Below, in pieces: positions 38,601 through 47,207 of a stretch of DNA of 64,000 nt; the stretch's first letter is position 1, and each line of letters opens with the position of its first letter. Origin of the DNA: Mobula hypostoma (taxonomy: Eukaryota); contig NC_086098.1 in assembly GCF_963921235.1 (NCBI RefSeq), positions 243,164,001 to 243,228,000 on the forward strand, in the 5' to 3' direction. A program made the translations under genes and the position numbers. The notes beneath the pieces were generated by a model. The model had not been told where the DNA came from and did no database searches. It was given only the letters and a program-made list of their open reading frames with translations.

Positions 38601-40099
38601 TCACTGTATAACATGGGTACAGTACCGGTGGGGCTGGGTCTGTCACAGTATAACACCAGGATACAGTACCAGTGGGGACGGGTCTGTCACTGTATAACAC
38701 TGGGGTACAGTACCGGTGGAGACAGGTCTGTCACTGTATAACACCGGGGTACAGTATCGGTGGGGACAGGTCTGTCACTGTATAACACCAGGGTACAGTA
38801 CCGGTGGGGACGGGTCTGTCACTGTATAACACTGGGTACAGTACCGGTGGGGACGGGTCTGTCACTGTATAACACTTGGTTACAGTGCCTGTGGGGACAG
38901 GTCTGTCACTGTATAACACCGGGGTACAGTACCGGTGGGGACAGATCAGTCACTATAACACTGGGGTACAGTACCGGTGGGGACGGGTCTGTCACTGTAT
39001 AACACCGGGGTACAGTACTGGTGGGGACAGATCTGTCACTATAACACTGGGGTACAGTACCGGTGGGGACGGGTCTGTCACTGTATAACACTGGGGTACA
39101 GTACCGGTGGGGACGGGTCTGTCACTGTATAACACCGGGGTACAGTACCGGTGGGGACGGGTCTGTCACTGTATAACACCGGGGTACAGTACCGGTGGGG
39201 ACAGATCTGTCACTATAACACTGGGGTACAGTACCGGTGGGGACGGGTCTGTCGCTGACAATATCCAGCAGGAGTCTTCTCAATGATTATGCTGTGAGTT
39301 AATGGAATTGAGTTGTGCCACCTCCCTGTTTATCAACTGGTCCCATGAACACAATTCTGATGAAGTGCACTGAAGGATTATGTTCATCTGTTTGTGTTGC
39401 CCTCTCTCAGGATGGCTTTGATGCCCTGGACCCTTTTGTTCCGATTCAAGTGACGAAATACAGCCAGAAAGAGTTTGAGAGCTGCTACCAGTACTACATT
39501 GACCGCAAGTGGATTCAACATGAGAAAGGTAATTGCTTGGCCACTGGTACTGAGAACACCCCATAACCCGTCACTTCCCCTTCACCAGCTGCTCAGACTT
39601 TGTCCACAGCAGTTGCGGAGCTCTGTGTTATTCCCCTTCCTCTGTCTGTCCGCTCCTAATTCTGTGACAGGGTTCATCAGCCTTCTTGGCCCTTTTCCAG
39701 ACGCCCTCCCTTCTCTTCCCCACCCCCGCTCACATACCTCCCACCACGATCTTACTCTTCGTTTTCTCTCCTCTCTGTCTCACTCCTTGTCTCTTGCCCC
39801 CTTGCCCTCCCTCTCTCACTGCCCCCCCACTTTCTCTCATTGATTCAAATCCCTTTGTGAGGCTGCCTCACTCTGCTGGTCCCACCCTTATGTTACACAG
39901 GGGATTTGGTCCCACTTCTGAAGAGTCTCTAACACATCGCTGCCTGCAGTGGGGATCCTCTTCTCTCACCCCTCGACGGCATGACTAACCACTCTCTCTC
40001 TCTGTCTCCACAGCTCTCACGGAAGAGGGTAAGCAGGAGCTGATCTTCCTCAGCAACTACAACCCAGGCGCCTTCGACAGGATCTGCGGCCCCCTCTGA
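5559..40099 (+). CDS. DAP3: DAP3 / MRPS29, mitochondrial small-subunit ribosomal protein mS29 (12 coding exons, 1194 nt, 397 aa)
   Basis: Exons 5559-5603, 11749-11868, 18536-18637, 20247-20355, 21668-21760, 22827-22957, 24233-24313, 24958-25116, 34671-34730, 37576-37665, 39411-39528, 40014-40099 join in frame with GT-AG borders. Translation carries recognisable DAP3 motifs: YGEKGYGKT (P-loop), [48 protein letters not shown]. Confidence 0.97.
7809..7946 (+). mobile_element. Short Penelope 3'-end insertion with 5' inversion and 14-bp TSD
   Basis: TGATGAGTAGAGGT at 7795-7808 and 7947-7960; body matches 32390-32470. Confidence 0.8.
8420..8810. repeat. Degenerate ~50-bp tandem repeat resembling an antisense CR1 motif
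   Basis: Recurrent GGAGACCAGAGCTGTGCACAGTGCTCCCAGTGTGGTC-like unit. Confidence 0.65.
9397..9662 (+). mobile_element. tRNA-derived SINE
   Basis: A box TGGCGCAATGG, B box GAGTTTGAATCC, poly-A tail, TSD AGCCCAC(G/A)AT at 9387-9396 and 9663-9672. Confidence 0.85.
11749..11868 (+). CDS. DAP3: DAP3 coding exon 2 (ANHGRAFH...FRTSQTDP)
   Basis: ccccag| acceptor, |gtaagt donor, phase 0-0. Confidence 0.88.
12720..17340 (+). mobile_element. Decayed CR1 LINE (endonuclease to RT and 3' UTR) with nested Rex-like (~14470-15900, minus) and CR1 3' (~15270-15780) inserts
   Basis: Peptides [38 protein letters not shown]; many stops and frameshifts. Confidence 0.85.
18536..18637 (+). CDS. DAP3: DAP3 coding exon 3 (GLHAEQHLG...FPLRFQKQ)
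   Basis: tacag| and |gtagat borders; DAP3-like peptide. Confidence 0.93.
20247..20355 (+). CDS. DAP3: DAP3 coding exon 4 ([14 protein letters not shown]...RYVI)
   Basis: ttcag| acceptor; ends at U12-type donor |GTATCCTT. Confidence 0.94.
20356..21667 (+). other. U12-type (minor spliceosome) GT-AG intron of DAP3
   Basis: 5' splice site GTATCCTTG; branch site TTCCTTAAC at 21644-21652, 15 nt before the 3' end; no strong polypyrimidine tract. Confidence 0.92.
21668..21760 (+). CDS. DAP3: DAP3 coding exon 5 (P-loop GEKGYGKT...LILHIPN)
   Basis: TTCCTTAAC branch site then cctag|; |gtaagc donor. Confidence 0.95.
22827..22957 (+). CDS. DAP3: DAP3 coding exon 6 (YLWVKHC...[14 protein letters not shown]...FLAQ)
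   Basis: ctgcag| and |gtcagc borders. Confidence 0.95.
24233..24313 (+). CDS. DAP3: DAP3 coding exon 7 ([13 protein letters not shown]...EVVDQ)
   Basis: aatag| and |gtgagg borders. Confidence 0.93.
24958..25116 (+). CDS. DAP3: DAP3 coding exon 8 (GITRVKNA...[12 protein letters not shown]...EDKSQ)
   Basis: ctcag| and |gtattt borders. Confidence 0.95.
25420..25710. repeat. Degenerate ~41-bp tandem repeat
   Basis: About 6 copies of TGTACAAAATTCCAATGGACCAAATCCCTTTCCACTGTCA-like unit. Confidence 0.7.
27489..28107 (-). mobile_element. 5'-truncated Rex1/Babar LINE
   Basis: [20 protein letters not shown]...[17 protein letters not shown]; TSD GAAATAG at 27482-27488 and 28108-28114; short (ATGACT)n tail. 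Confidence 0.85.
28910..29829 (+). mobile_element. tRNA-derived SINE spanning the assembly gap
   Basis: A box TGGCGCAGTG, B box GGTTCGAAACC; TSD GTGGGAGGTCTT at 28898-28909 and 29830-29841. Confidence 0.8.
29083..29776. other. Assembly gap (N run)
   Basis: Run of n characters. Confidence 1.
31010..32470 (+). mobile_element. 5'-truncated Penelope-like element (RT C-terminus, GIY-YIG endonuclease, pLTR with decayed hammerhead)
   Basis: [43 protein letters not shown]; hammerhead-like motif 32374-32411. Confidence 0.9.
34671..34730 (+). CDS. DAP3: DAP3 coding exon 9 ([20 protein letters not shown])
   Basis: ttgcag| and |gtaaga borders. Confidence 0.93.
34951..36205 (+). mobile_element. 5'-truncated RTE-clade LINE (RT domain to 3' end)
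   Basis: [39 protein letters not shown]; (TAG)n tail; TSD AGCCCACAAA at 34941-34950 and 36206-36215. Confidence 0.88.
37576..37665 (+). CDS. DAP3: DAP3 coding exon 10 (AGGAVVTTL...LPHELLRK)
   Basis: ctgcag| and |gtgagt borders. Confidence 0.93.
38507..39253 (+). repeat. 44-bp minisatellite array (~17 units)
   Basis: Unit CTGTATAACACTGGGGTACAGTACCGGTGGGGACGGGTCTGTCA. Confidence 0.95.
39411..39528 (+). CDS. DAP3: DAP3 coding exon 11 (DGFDALDPF...WIQHEK)
   Basis: ctcag| and |gtaatt borders. Confidence 0.95.
40014..40099 (+). CDS. DAP3: DAP3 last coding exon ([17 protein letters not shown]...CGPL*)
   Basis: ccacag| acceptor; TGA at 40097-40099. Confidence 0.94.
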
Positions 40100-40495
40100 G
40101 TGCTGGCACCGCCCTTCGCGTCAGCTCTGCGCCGAGCTCTTCATCCAACACCACCCCCCCGCCCCAAGCTGAATGGAAGACATTGTGAATGGACACCCCG
40201 AGTCCAACACATTTTGCTCCAGGCAAACACGGTGCCAATCTCTCTGACAGAAGGTCATGTTTCTGCTTTTCAAGTGAGTGCCTGTGTTCTCAGTCTGGGT
40301 CTCAAGGCGAGGTAGGCTGGGGAAATTCTGCATCAAGTCCGACAGAATACAAAGCAATCAAGAACACAATCCAAGTCAAAAATGGAGGGGGGGCAGGAAC
40401 ATCGAACTGCTAATTCAGCCACCTACTCCAGCAATCTGAAATTTGTGTTTTCTGTCTGTACTGGAAGATGTGGATATTTTTAATGAGTATTGATC

Positions 40496-40501
40496 ATTAA
40501 A
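40496..40501 (+). terminator. Probable DAP3 polyadenylation signal (ATTAAA)
   Basis: ATTAAA ~400 nt after the stop, followed by a T/GT-rich stretch and then the 44-bp satellite. Confidence 0.55.
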
Positions 40502-40554
40502 ACAGCAGATTTAACTGTCCTGTCTTAACGTGTGTCTCCCTATGAAGAGATTTG

Positions 40555-43040
40555 CACCCGTAACACTGGGGTACAGTACTGGTGTGAATGAATCTGTCAC
40601 TGTGTAACACCAGGAAATAGTTCTGCTGGGATCAAATCTGTCACTTTATAACCCTGGGAGGGTCAGGTCTGTTGTACAGTACTGGTGGGGATGAATCTAT
40701 CACTGTGTAACACCAGGAAATGGTACTGGTGGGGACAAATCTGTGGCTGTGTAACATCGGGGTACAGTACCAGTGGGGACGGGTCTGTCACTGTATAACA
40801 CTGGGGTACAGTAATGGTGGGGATGGGTCTGTCACTGTATAACACTGGGGTACAGTACCAGTAGGGACGGGTCTGTCACTGTATAACACTGGGGTACAGT
40901 ACCAGTAGGGACGGGTCTGTCACTGTATAACACTGGGGTACAGTACCAGTAGGGACGGGTCTGTCACTGTATAACACCGGGGTACAGTAACGGTGGGGAT
41001 GGGTCTGTCACTGTATAACACCGGGGTACAGTACCAGTAGGGATGAGTGTCACTGTATGACACCGGGGTACGGTACCAGTAGGGACGGGTCTGTCACTGT
41101 ATAAAACTGGGGTACAGTACCGGTGGGGACGGGTCTGTCACTGTATAACACTGGGGTACAGTAACAGTGGGGACGGGTCTGTCACTGTATAACACTGGGG
41201 TACAGTAACAGTGGGGACGGGTCTGTCACTGTATAACACGGGTACAGTACCAGTAGGGACGGGTCTGTCACTGTATAACACTGGGGTACAGTACTGGTGG
41301 GGACGGGTCTGTCACTGTATAACACTGGGGTACAGTAACGGTGGGGATGGGTCTGTCACTGTATAACACTGGGGTACAGTACCAGTGGGGACGGGTCTGT
41401 CACTGTATAACACTGGGGTACAGTACCAGTAGGGACGGGTCTGTCACTGTATAACACCGGGGTACAGTAACGGTGGGGATGGGTCTGTCACTGTATAACA
41501 CCGGGGTACAGTACCAGTAGGGATGAGTGTCACTGTATGACACCGGGGTACGGTACCAGTAGGGACGGGTCTGTCACTGTATAAAACTGGGGTACAGTAC
41601 CGGTGGGGATGGGTCTGTCACTGTATAACACTGGGGTACAGTAACGGTGGGGATGGGTCTGTCACTGTATAACACTGGGGTACAGTACCAGTGGGGACGG
41701 GTCTGTCACTGTATAACACTGGGGTACAGTACCAGTAGGGACGGGTCTGTCACTGTATAACACTGGGGTACAGTACCAGTAGGGATGGGTCTGTCACTGT
41801 ATAACACTGGGGTACGGTACCGGTGGGGACAGGTCTGTCACTGTATAACACTGGGGTACGGTACCGGTGGGGATGGGTCTGTCACTGTATAACACTGGGG
41901 TACAGTACCGGTGGGGATGGGTCTGTCACTGTATAACACTGGGGTACAGTACCGGTGGGGATGGGTCTGTCACTGTATAACACTGGGGTACCGTACCGGT
42001 GGGGATGGGTCTGTCACTGTATAACACTGGGGTACAGTAACGGTGGGGATGGGTCTGTCACTGTATAACACTGGGGTACAGTAACGGTGGGGATGGGTCT
42101 GTCACTCTATAACATGGGTACAGTACCAGTAGGGACGGGTCTGTCACTATAACGGGTACAGTACCAGTAGGGATGAGTGTCACTGTATAATACTGTGGTA
42201 CAGTACCGGTAGGGAGGAGTCTCACTGTATGACACTGCTACAGTACATTACGGACAAGTTTGTCACTATATAACACCAGGGTACGGAGCTGATGGGGATG
42301 GGTCTGTCACTGTATAACACCAGGGTACGGAGCTGATGGGGATGGGTCTGTCACTGTATAACACTGGGGTACGGAGCTGATAGGGATGGGTCTGTCACTG
42401 TATAACACCAGGGTACGGAGCTGATGGGGATGGGTCTGTCACTGTATAACACTGGGGTACGGAGCTGATGGGGATGGGTCTGTCACTGTATAACACTGGG
42501 GTACGGAGCTGATAGGGATGGTTCTGTCACTGTATAACACTGGGGTACGGCGCTGATGGGGATGGGTCTGTCACTGTATAACACTGGGGTACGGAGCTGA
42601 TAGGGATGGGTCTGTCACTGTATAACACCAGGGTACGGAGCTGATAGGGATGGGTCTGTCACTGTATAACACTGGGGTACGGAGCTGATAGGGATGGTTC
42701 TGTCACTCTATAACACTGGGGTACGGAGCTGATGGGGATGGGTCTGTCACTGTATAACACTGGGGTACGGAGCTGATAGGGATGGTTCTGTCACTGTATA
42801 ACACTGGGGTACGGAGCTGATAGGGATGGTTCTGTCACTGTATAACACTGGGGTACGGAGCTGATAGGAATGGTTCTGTCACTGTATGACACTGCTACAG
42901 TACATTACGGACGAGTTTGTCACTGTATAACACCAGGGTACGGAGCTGATGGGGATGGGTCTGTCACTGTATAACACTGGGGTACGGAGCTGATGGGGAT
43001 GGTTCTGTCACTGTATAACTTTGGTGTATGGTACTGGTGG
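40555..43040 (+). repeat. 44-bp minisatellite array (~55 units, two variant blocks)
   Basis: Same unit as 38507-39253 up to ~42260, then a GTACGGAGCTGAT variant. Confidence 0.95.
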
Positions 43041-43279
43041 GGGTGGTGATGGAGCTGACTGAGTCTACAACTTCCTTTGATCCTGTGCATTGTAGACTCC
43101 ATACCAGGTGGTGATACAACCAGTCAGAATGCTCTCCACAGTACATCTGTAGAGAGTAGATGTAGACATCTGTACTGCTGGAGTCTTTGGTGACAAACTG
43201 AATCTCCTCAAACTCCTTATGAGGTATAGCTACTCTCATGCCTTCTTCACAATTGCAGCAATATGTTGGGCCCAGGATA

Positions 43280-45079
43280 CAGTACTGTGCAAAAATCTAG
43301 GTACGTATATATAGCTAGGATGCCTAAGACTTTTGCAGAGTACTGCAGTAATTTTATATATGCACTATACTATTGCTCCAAAAAATAACAAAATTTCATG
43401 ACGTGAGTGATTATAAACCTGATTCTGATAATCTTCTGATTCTTGACTAATCTTCTGGAATTCTTCGAGAATGTAACTATGAAAATGGACAAGGGAGAGC
43501 CAGTGGATGTAGTGTACCTGGACTTTCAGAAAGCCTTTGATAAAGTCCCACATAGGAGATTAGTGGGCAAAATTAGGGCACATGGTATTGGGGGCAGAGT
43601 ACTGACATGGATTGAAAATTGGCTGGCTGACAGGAAACAAAGTGTAGCGATTAACGGGTCCCTTTCGGAATGGCAGGCGGTGACCAGTGGGGTACCGCAG
43701 GGTACAGTGCTGGGACCGTAGCTGTTTACAATATATATTAATGATTTAGATGAAGGGATTAAAAGTACCATTAGCAAATTTGCAGATGACACAAAGCTCG
43801 GTGGCAGTGTGAAATGTAAGGAGGATGTTATGAGAATGCAGGATGACTTGGACAGGCTGGGTGAGTGGGCAGATGTATGGCAGATGCAGTTTAATGTGGA
43901 TAAATGTGAGGTTATCCACTTTGGTGGTAAGAACAGGAAGGCAGATTATTATCTAAATGGAGTCAAGTTAGGAAAAGGGGAAGTACAACGAGATCTAGGT
44001 GTTCTTGTATATCAGTCACTGAAAGCAAGCATGCAGGTACAGCAGGCAGTGAAGAAAGCTAATGGCATGCTGGCCTTCATAACCAGGGGAATTGAGTATA
44101 GGAGCAAAGAGGTCCTTCTGCAGCTGTACAGGGCCCTGGTGAGACCACACCTGGAGTATTGTGTGCAGTTTTGGTCTCCAAATTTGAGGAAGGACATTCT
44201 TGCTATTGAGGGAGTGCAGCGTAGGTTCACAAGGTTAATTCCCGGGATGGCGGGACTGTCATATGTCGAAAGATTGGAGCGACTAGGCTTGTATACACTG
44301 GAATTTAGAAGGATGAGAGGGGATCTGATTGAAACATAAGATTATTAGGGGATTGGACACACTGGAGGCAGGAAGCATGTTCCGCTGATGGGTGATTCCA
44401 GAACCAGAGACCACAGTTTAAGAATAAGGGGTAGGCCCTTTAGAACGGAGTTGAGGAAAAACTTTTTCACCCAGAGAGTGGTGGATATATGGAATGCTCT
44501 GCCCCAGAAGACAGTGGAGGCCAAGTCTCTGGATGCTTTCAAGAAAGAGATGGATAGAGCTCTTAAAGATAGTGGAATCAAACGTTATGGGGATAAGGCA
44601 GGAACTGGATACTGATAGTGGATGATCAGCCATGATCACAGTGAATGGCGGTGCTGACTCGAAGGGCTGAATGGCCTACTCCTGCAGCTATTGTCTATTG
44701 TCTATTGACATGGGTCTCTATTGTGGACTGAGATTGGGAAGGGGGCAGGGAGAGGGGAATCATGGTTGGGAAAAGGTGAAGGTGGAGAGGACGGAGCAGG
44801 AAGCAGCAGAGAGACATTCTGTAATGATCAATAAACTAATTGCTTGGAATCAAGTGACCTTGCCAGGTGCCAGCCTCCACCCCAGCACTCCTCTGCCAAC
44901 TGTCCCACACCTCTTCTGCACCCTCACCATTCCCAACATTGTTTGCTCCATCCAGATTTACAAACTCACTCTCTGCTCCATATTAACAAATACAGTACTG
45001 TGCAAAAGTATTAGACAGCCTGGTTTTATATATATATATATATATATATGTATGTGCCCAAGGCTTTTGCACAGTACTG
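43280..45079. mobile_element. Non-autonomous Tc1/mariner-like element bounded by CAGTACTGTGCAAAA inverted repeats
   Basis: TIR pairs at 43280-43345 and 44993-45079; interrupts a LINE remnant at a TA (GGCCCAGGATA / GATCTTCAGAG). Confidence 0.7.
43443..44707 (+). mobile_element. Young 5'-truncated CR1 LINE (RT C-terminal half and 3' UTR)
   Basis: [46 protein letters not shown]; (CTATTGT)n tail. Confidence 0.93.
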
Positions 45080-46769
45080 TCGATCTTCAGAGATGTTGAC
45101 ACCCAGTAACTTGAAACTGCTCACCCTTTCCACAGCTGATGAGGACTGGTGTGTGTTCCTTGACTTTCCCTTCGCAAAGTCCTCAATCAATTCCGTGGTC
45201 TTACTGATGTTGACTTTGAGGTTGTTCCAGTCAACTATATCACTCCTGTGTGCCTCCTCCTCACCACCTTAGATTCTGTTAATAACAGTTGTGTTGTTGG
45301 CAAGTTTATAGATGGAGTTTGGGTTGGCCTGAGCCACACAGTCATGAGTAGAGAGTAGGGCAGTGGGCTAAGCACACACCCTTGAGCTATGCCTGTGTTG
45401 ATGGTTAGCAAGGAGGTGTTATCACATCTACTCTGTAATGATGAATTTGAAACAAAAATGAGAGAAGAGAAATGACTGTGTTAGTTGTCTTCACTAGCTG
45501 AAGTGTCTCTGAATTTGTAGTCTGGTGTGTGTGAGATTTTTTTCAGCCATTTTAAATATGTCTGAAACTCATCAGCCAAGGGGGCCCTGGATTTTCTGTC
45601 ACAGATGCAATCCTTTTGGCTCAACAATTCCATGCAGGCCACAGTGTCCACTCCCCAGGTCACCAAGTATTTAGTGAAGCTGAATTTGTTGTATATACTG
45701 AGCTTGTTGGGTAGTATCTGTGGGAAGAACCTGTCAGTGTTTTGGGTAGTAAGCTCTGCTCAGAATAAGGCTGTAGATGGAGGCATGTCAACAAGAATCG
45801 GGTAGGTAAAAACGAGGAGGAGGATTGCCTTCAATCCTAATGAAAGATGGAATAGGTTTCAAGAGCATACTTTTGAAAAATCCATATGCAGGAATCTGGA
45901 GCAACACACAAGATGCTGAAGACATGCACTGGGTCAGACAGCATCTGTGAAGGAGAGGCATGGGTAGGCCTGACCCAAACTGTTGGCCGTTCATTTTCCT
46001 CCACAGATGTCACCTGCCCTGCTGAGTTCCTGTAGGACCAACTGTGTTGATCTTTTTTGATGGTTTGTTACTAATGTGGACATTATCTCATAGTAGAGTT
46101 TTTAATGTGAAAGGGGATTGGAGGAAACTTTTTTTTGAGTGAAATGTGATTAAGCAAATGAAATGCGAATTTCCAAAAGAAGTCTGTTTCAATAGAAAGG
46201 GTATGCATTGGTGGAGCACAAAATGGGACTAACTTCTGACCCAGTGCAGCTAGACAAGCACAGCCATCTCCTACCTACCTCCCATCTATGAGGAGCAGTG
46301 CCACAAGAAAGCACCATCCAACAATGCTCTCTTGTCTTGCCTGCCATCGAGAAAGAGATACAGGAGCCTTGGTTCCCATACCACCAGGCTCTCAAACAAT
46401 TGTTAACCTTCAACCAAGAGCCAGCTCCTGATTAACTTCACTCACATGAACTTTGAAATGATTTCACAACCTGTGGACACACTACAACTCATTTTCTCAG
46501 CATTCATTAATTATTTTTGTATGCATTCTTTTGAACACTTGTTTGTCCGCCTATGTTTTCCATTGATTCTATTGTGCTGCTTTGCTCTGTGAATGCTTGC
46601 ACGAAAATGAATCTCGGGGTAGTATATGGTGACAGAAATGTATTTTAATAATAAATTTACTTTGAATGGCTATTTGCGCAATACGACTGCGGGAACAGGA
46701 ACTTTGCTTCTCCACTTTATAGCCCGGACATCAATTGATGCGACACAGTGGACCTTTAACCTTCCTTTC

Positions 46770-47123
46770 TCTTAGTACAGCCAATCGGAGATCCTGAAGC
46801 GCATATGCTCTCGCCCGCAGGAATAGGCGGGGCTTTATACACGTGATAATCTTTCATCCAATCGGCCGCAAGCTGTGTCAATGAGTGACGAGCATGACAG
46901 CCAATAGAGGTGGCGGGGCGGGCAGTTAATGCGTGGCCGGCGGGCGTTGCGGCACGTGATAGAAAAGCACATCCAATCCGTCATGAACGTTGGGTGTGAG
47001 TGACGCTCGAGTAAGCCAATGGGAATAGAGGGGCGGACATTTTGACGGAGGGGCTGGCGGTCGGCGGCCTGGATCGCAGCAGCGGTTGGCGGTGCTTCCC
47101 TGACCGAGTCCCGGACGCAGCTG
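46770..47123 (+). promoter_or_regulatory. MSTO1 CpG-island promoter
   Basis: Five CCAAT boxes (46781, 46858, 46901, 46973, 47016), two CACGTG E-boxes (46840, 46953), GC boxes, directly upstream of the MSTO1 ATG. Confidence 0.85.
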
Positions 47124-47207
47124 ATGGGCGGCGTGTGCCGGGAGGTGCTGACGCTGCAGCTCGGCCACTACACCAACTTCGTGGGCACCCACTGGTGGAA
47201 CATCCAA
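47124..47207 (+). CDS. MSTO1: MSTO1 exon 1 ([16 protein letters not shown]...WWNIQ)
   Basis: ATG in CpG island; CAA|gtgagt donor. Confidence 0.95.
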
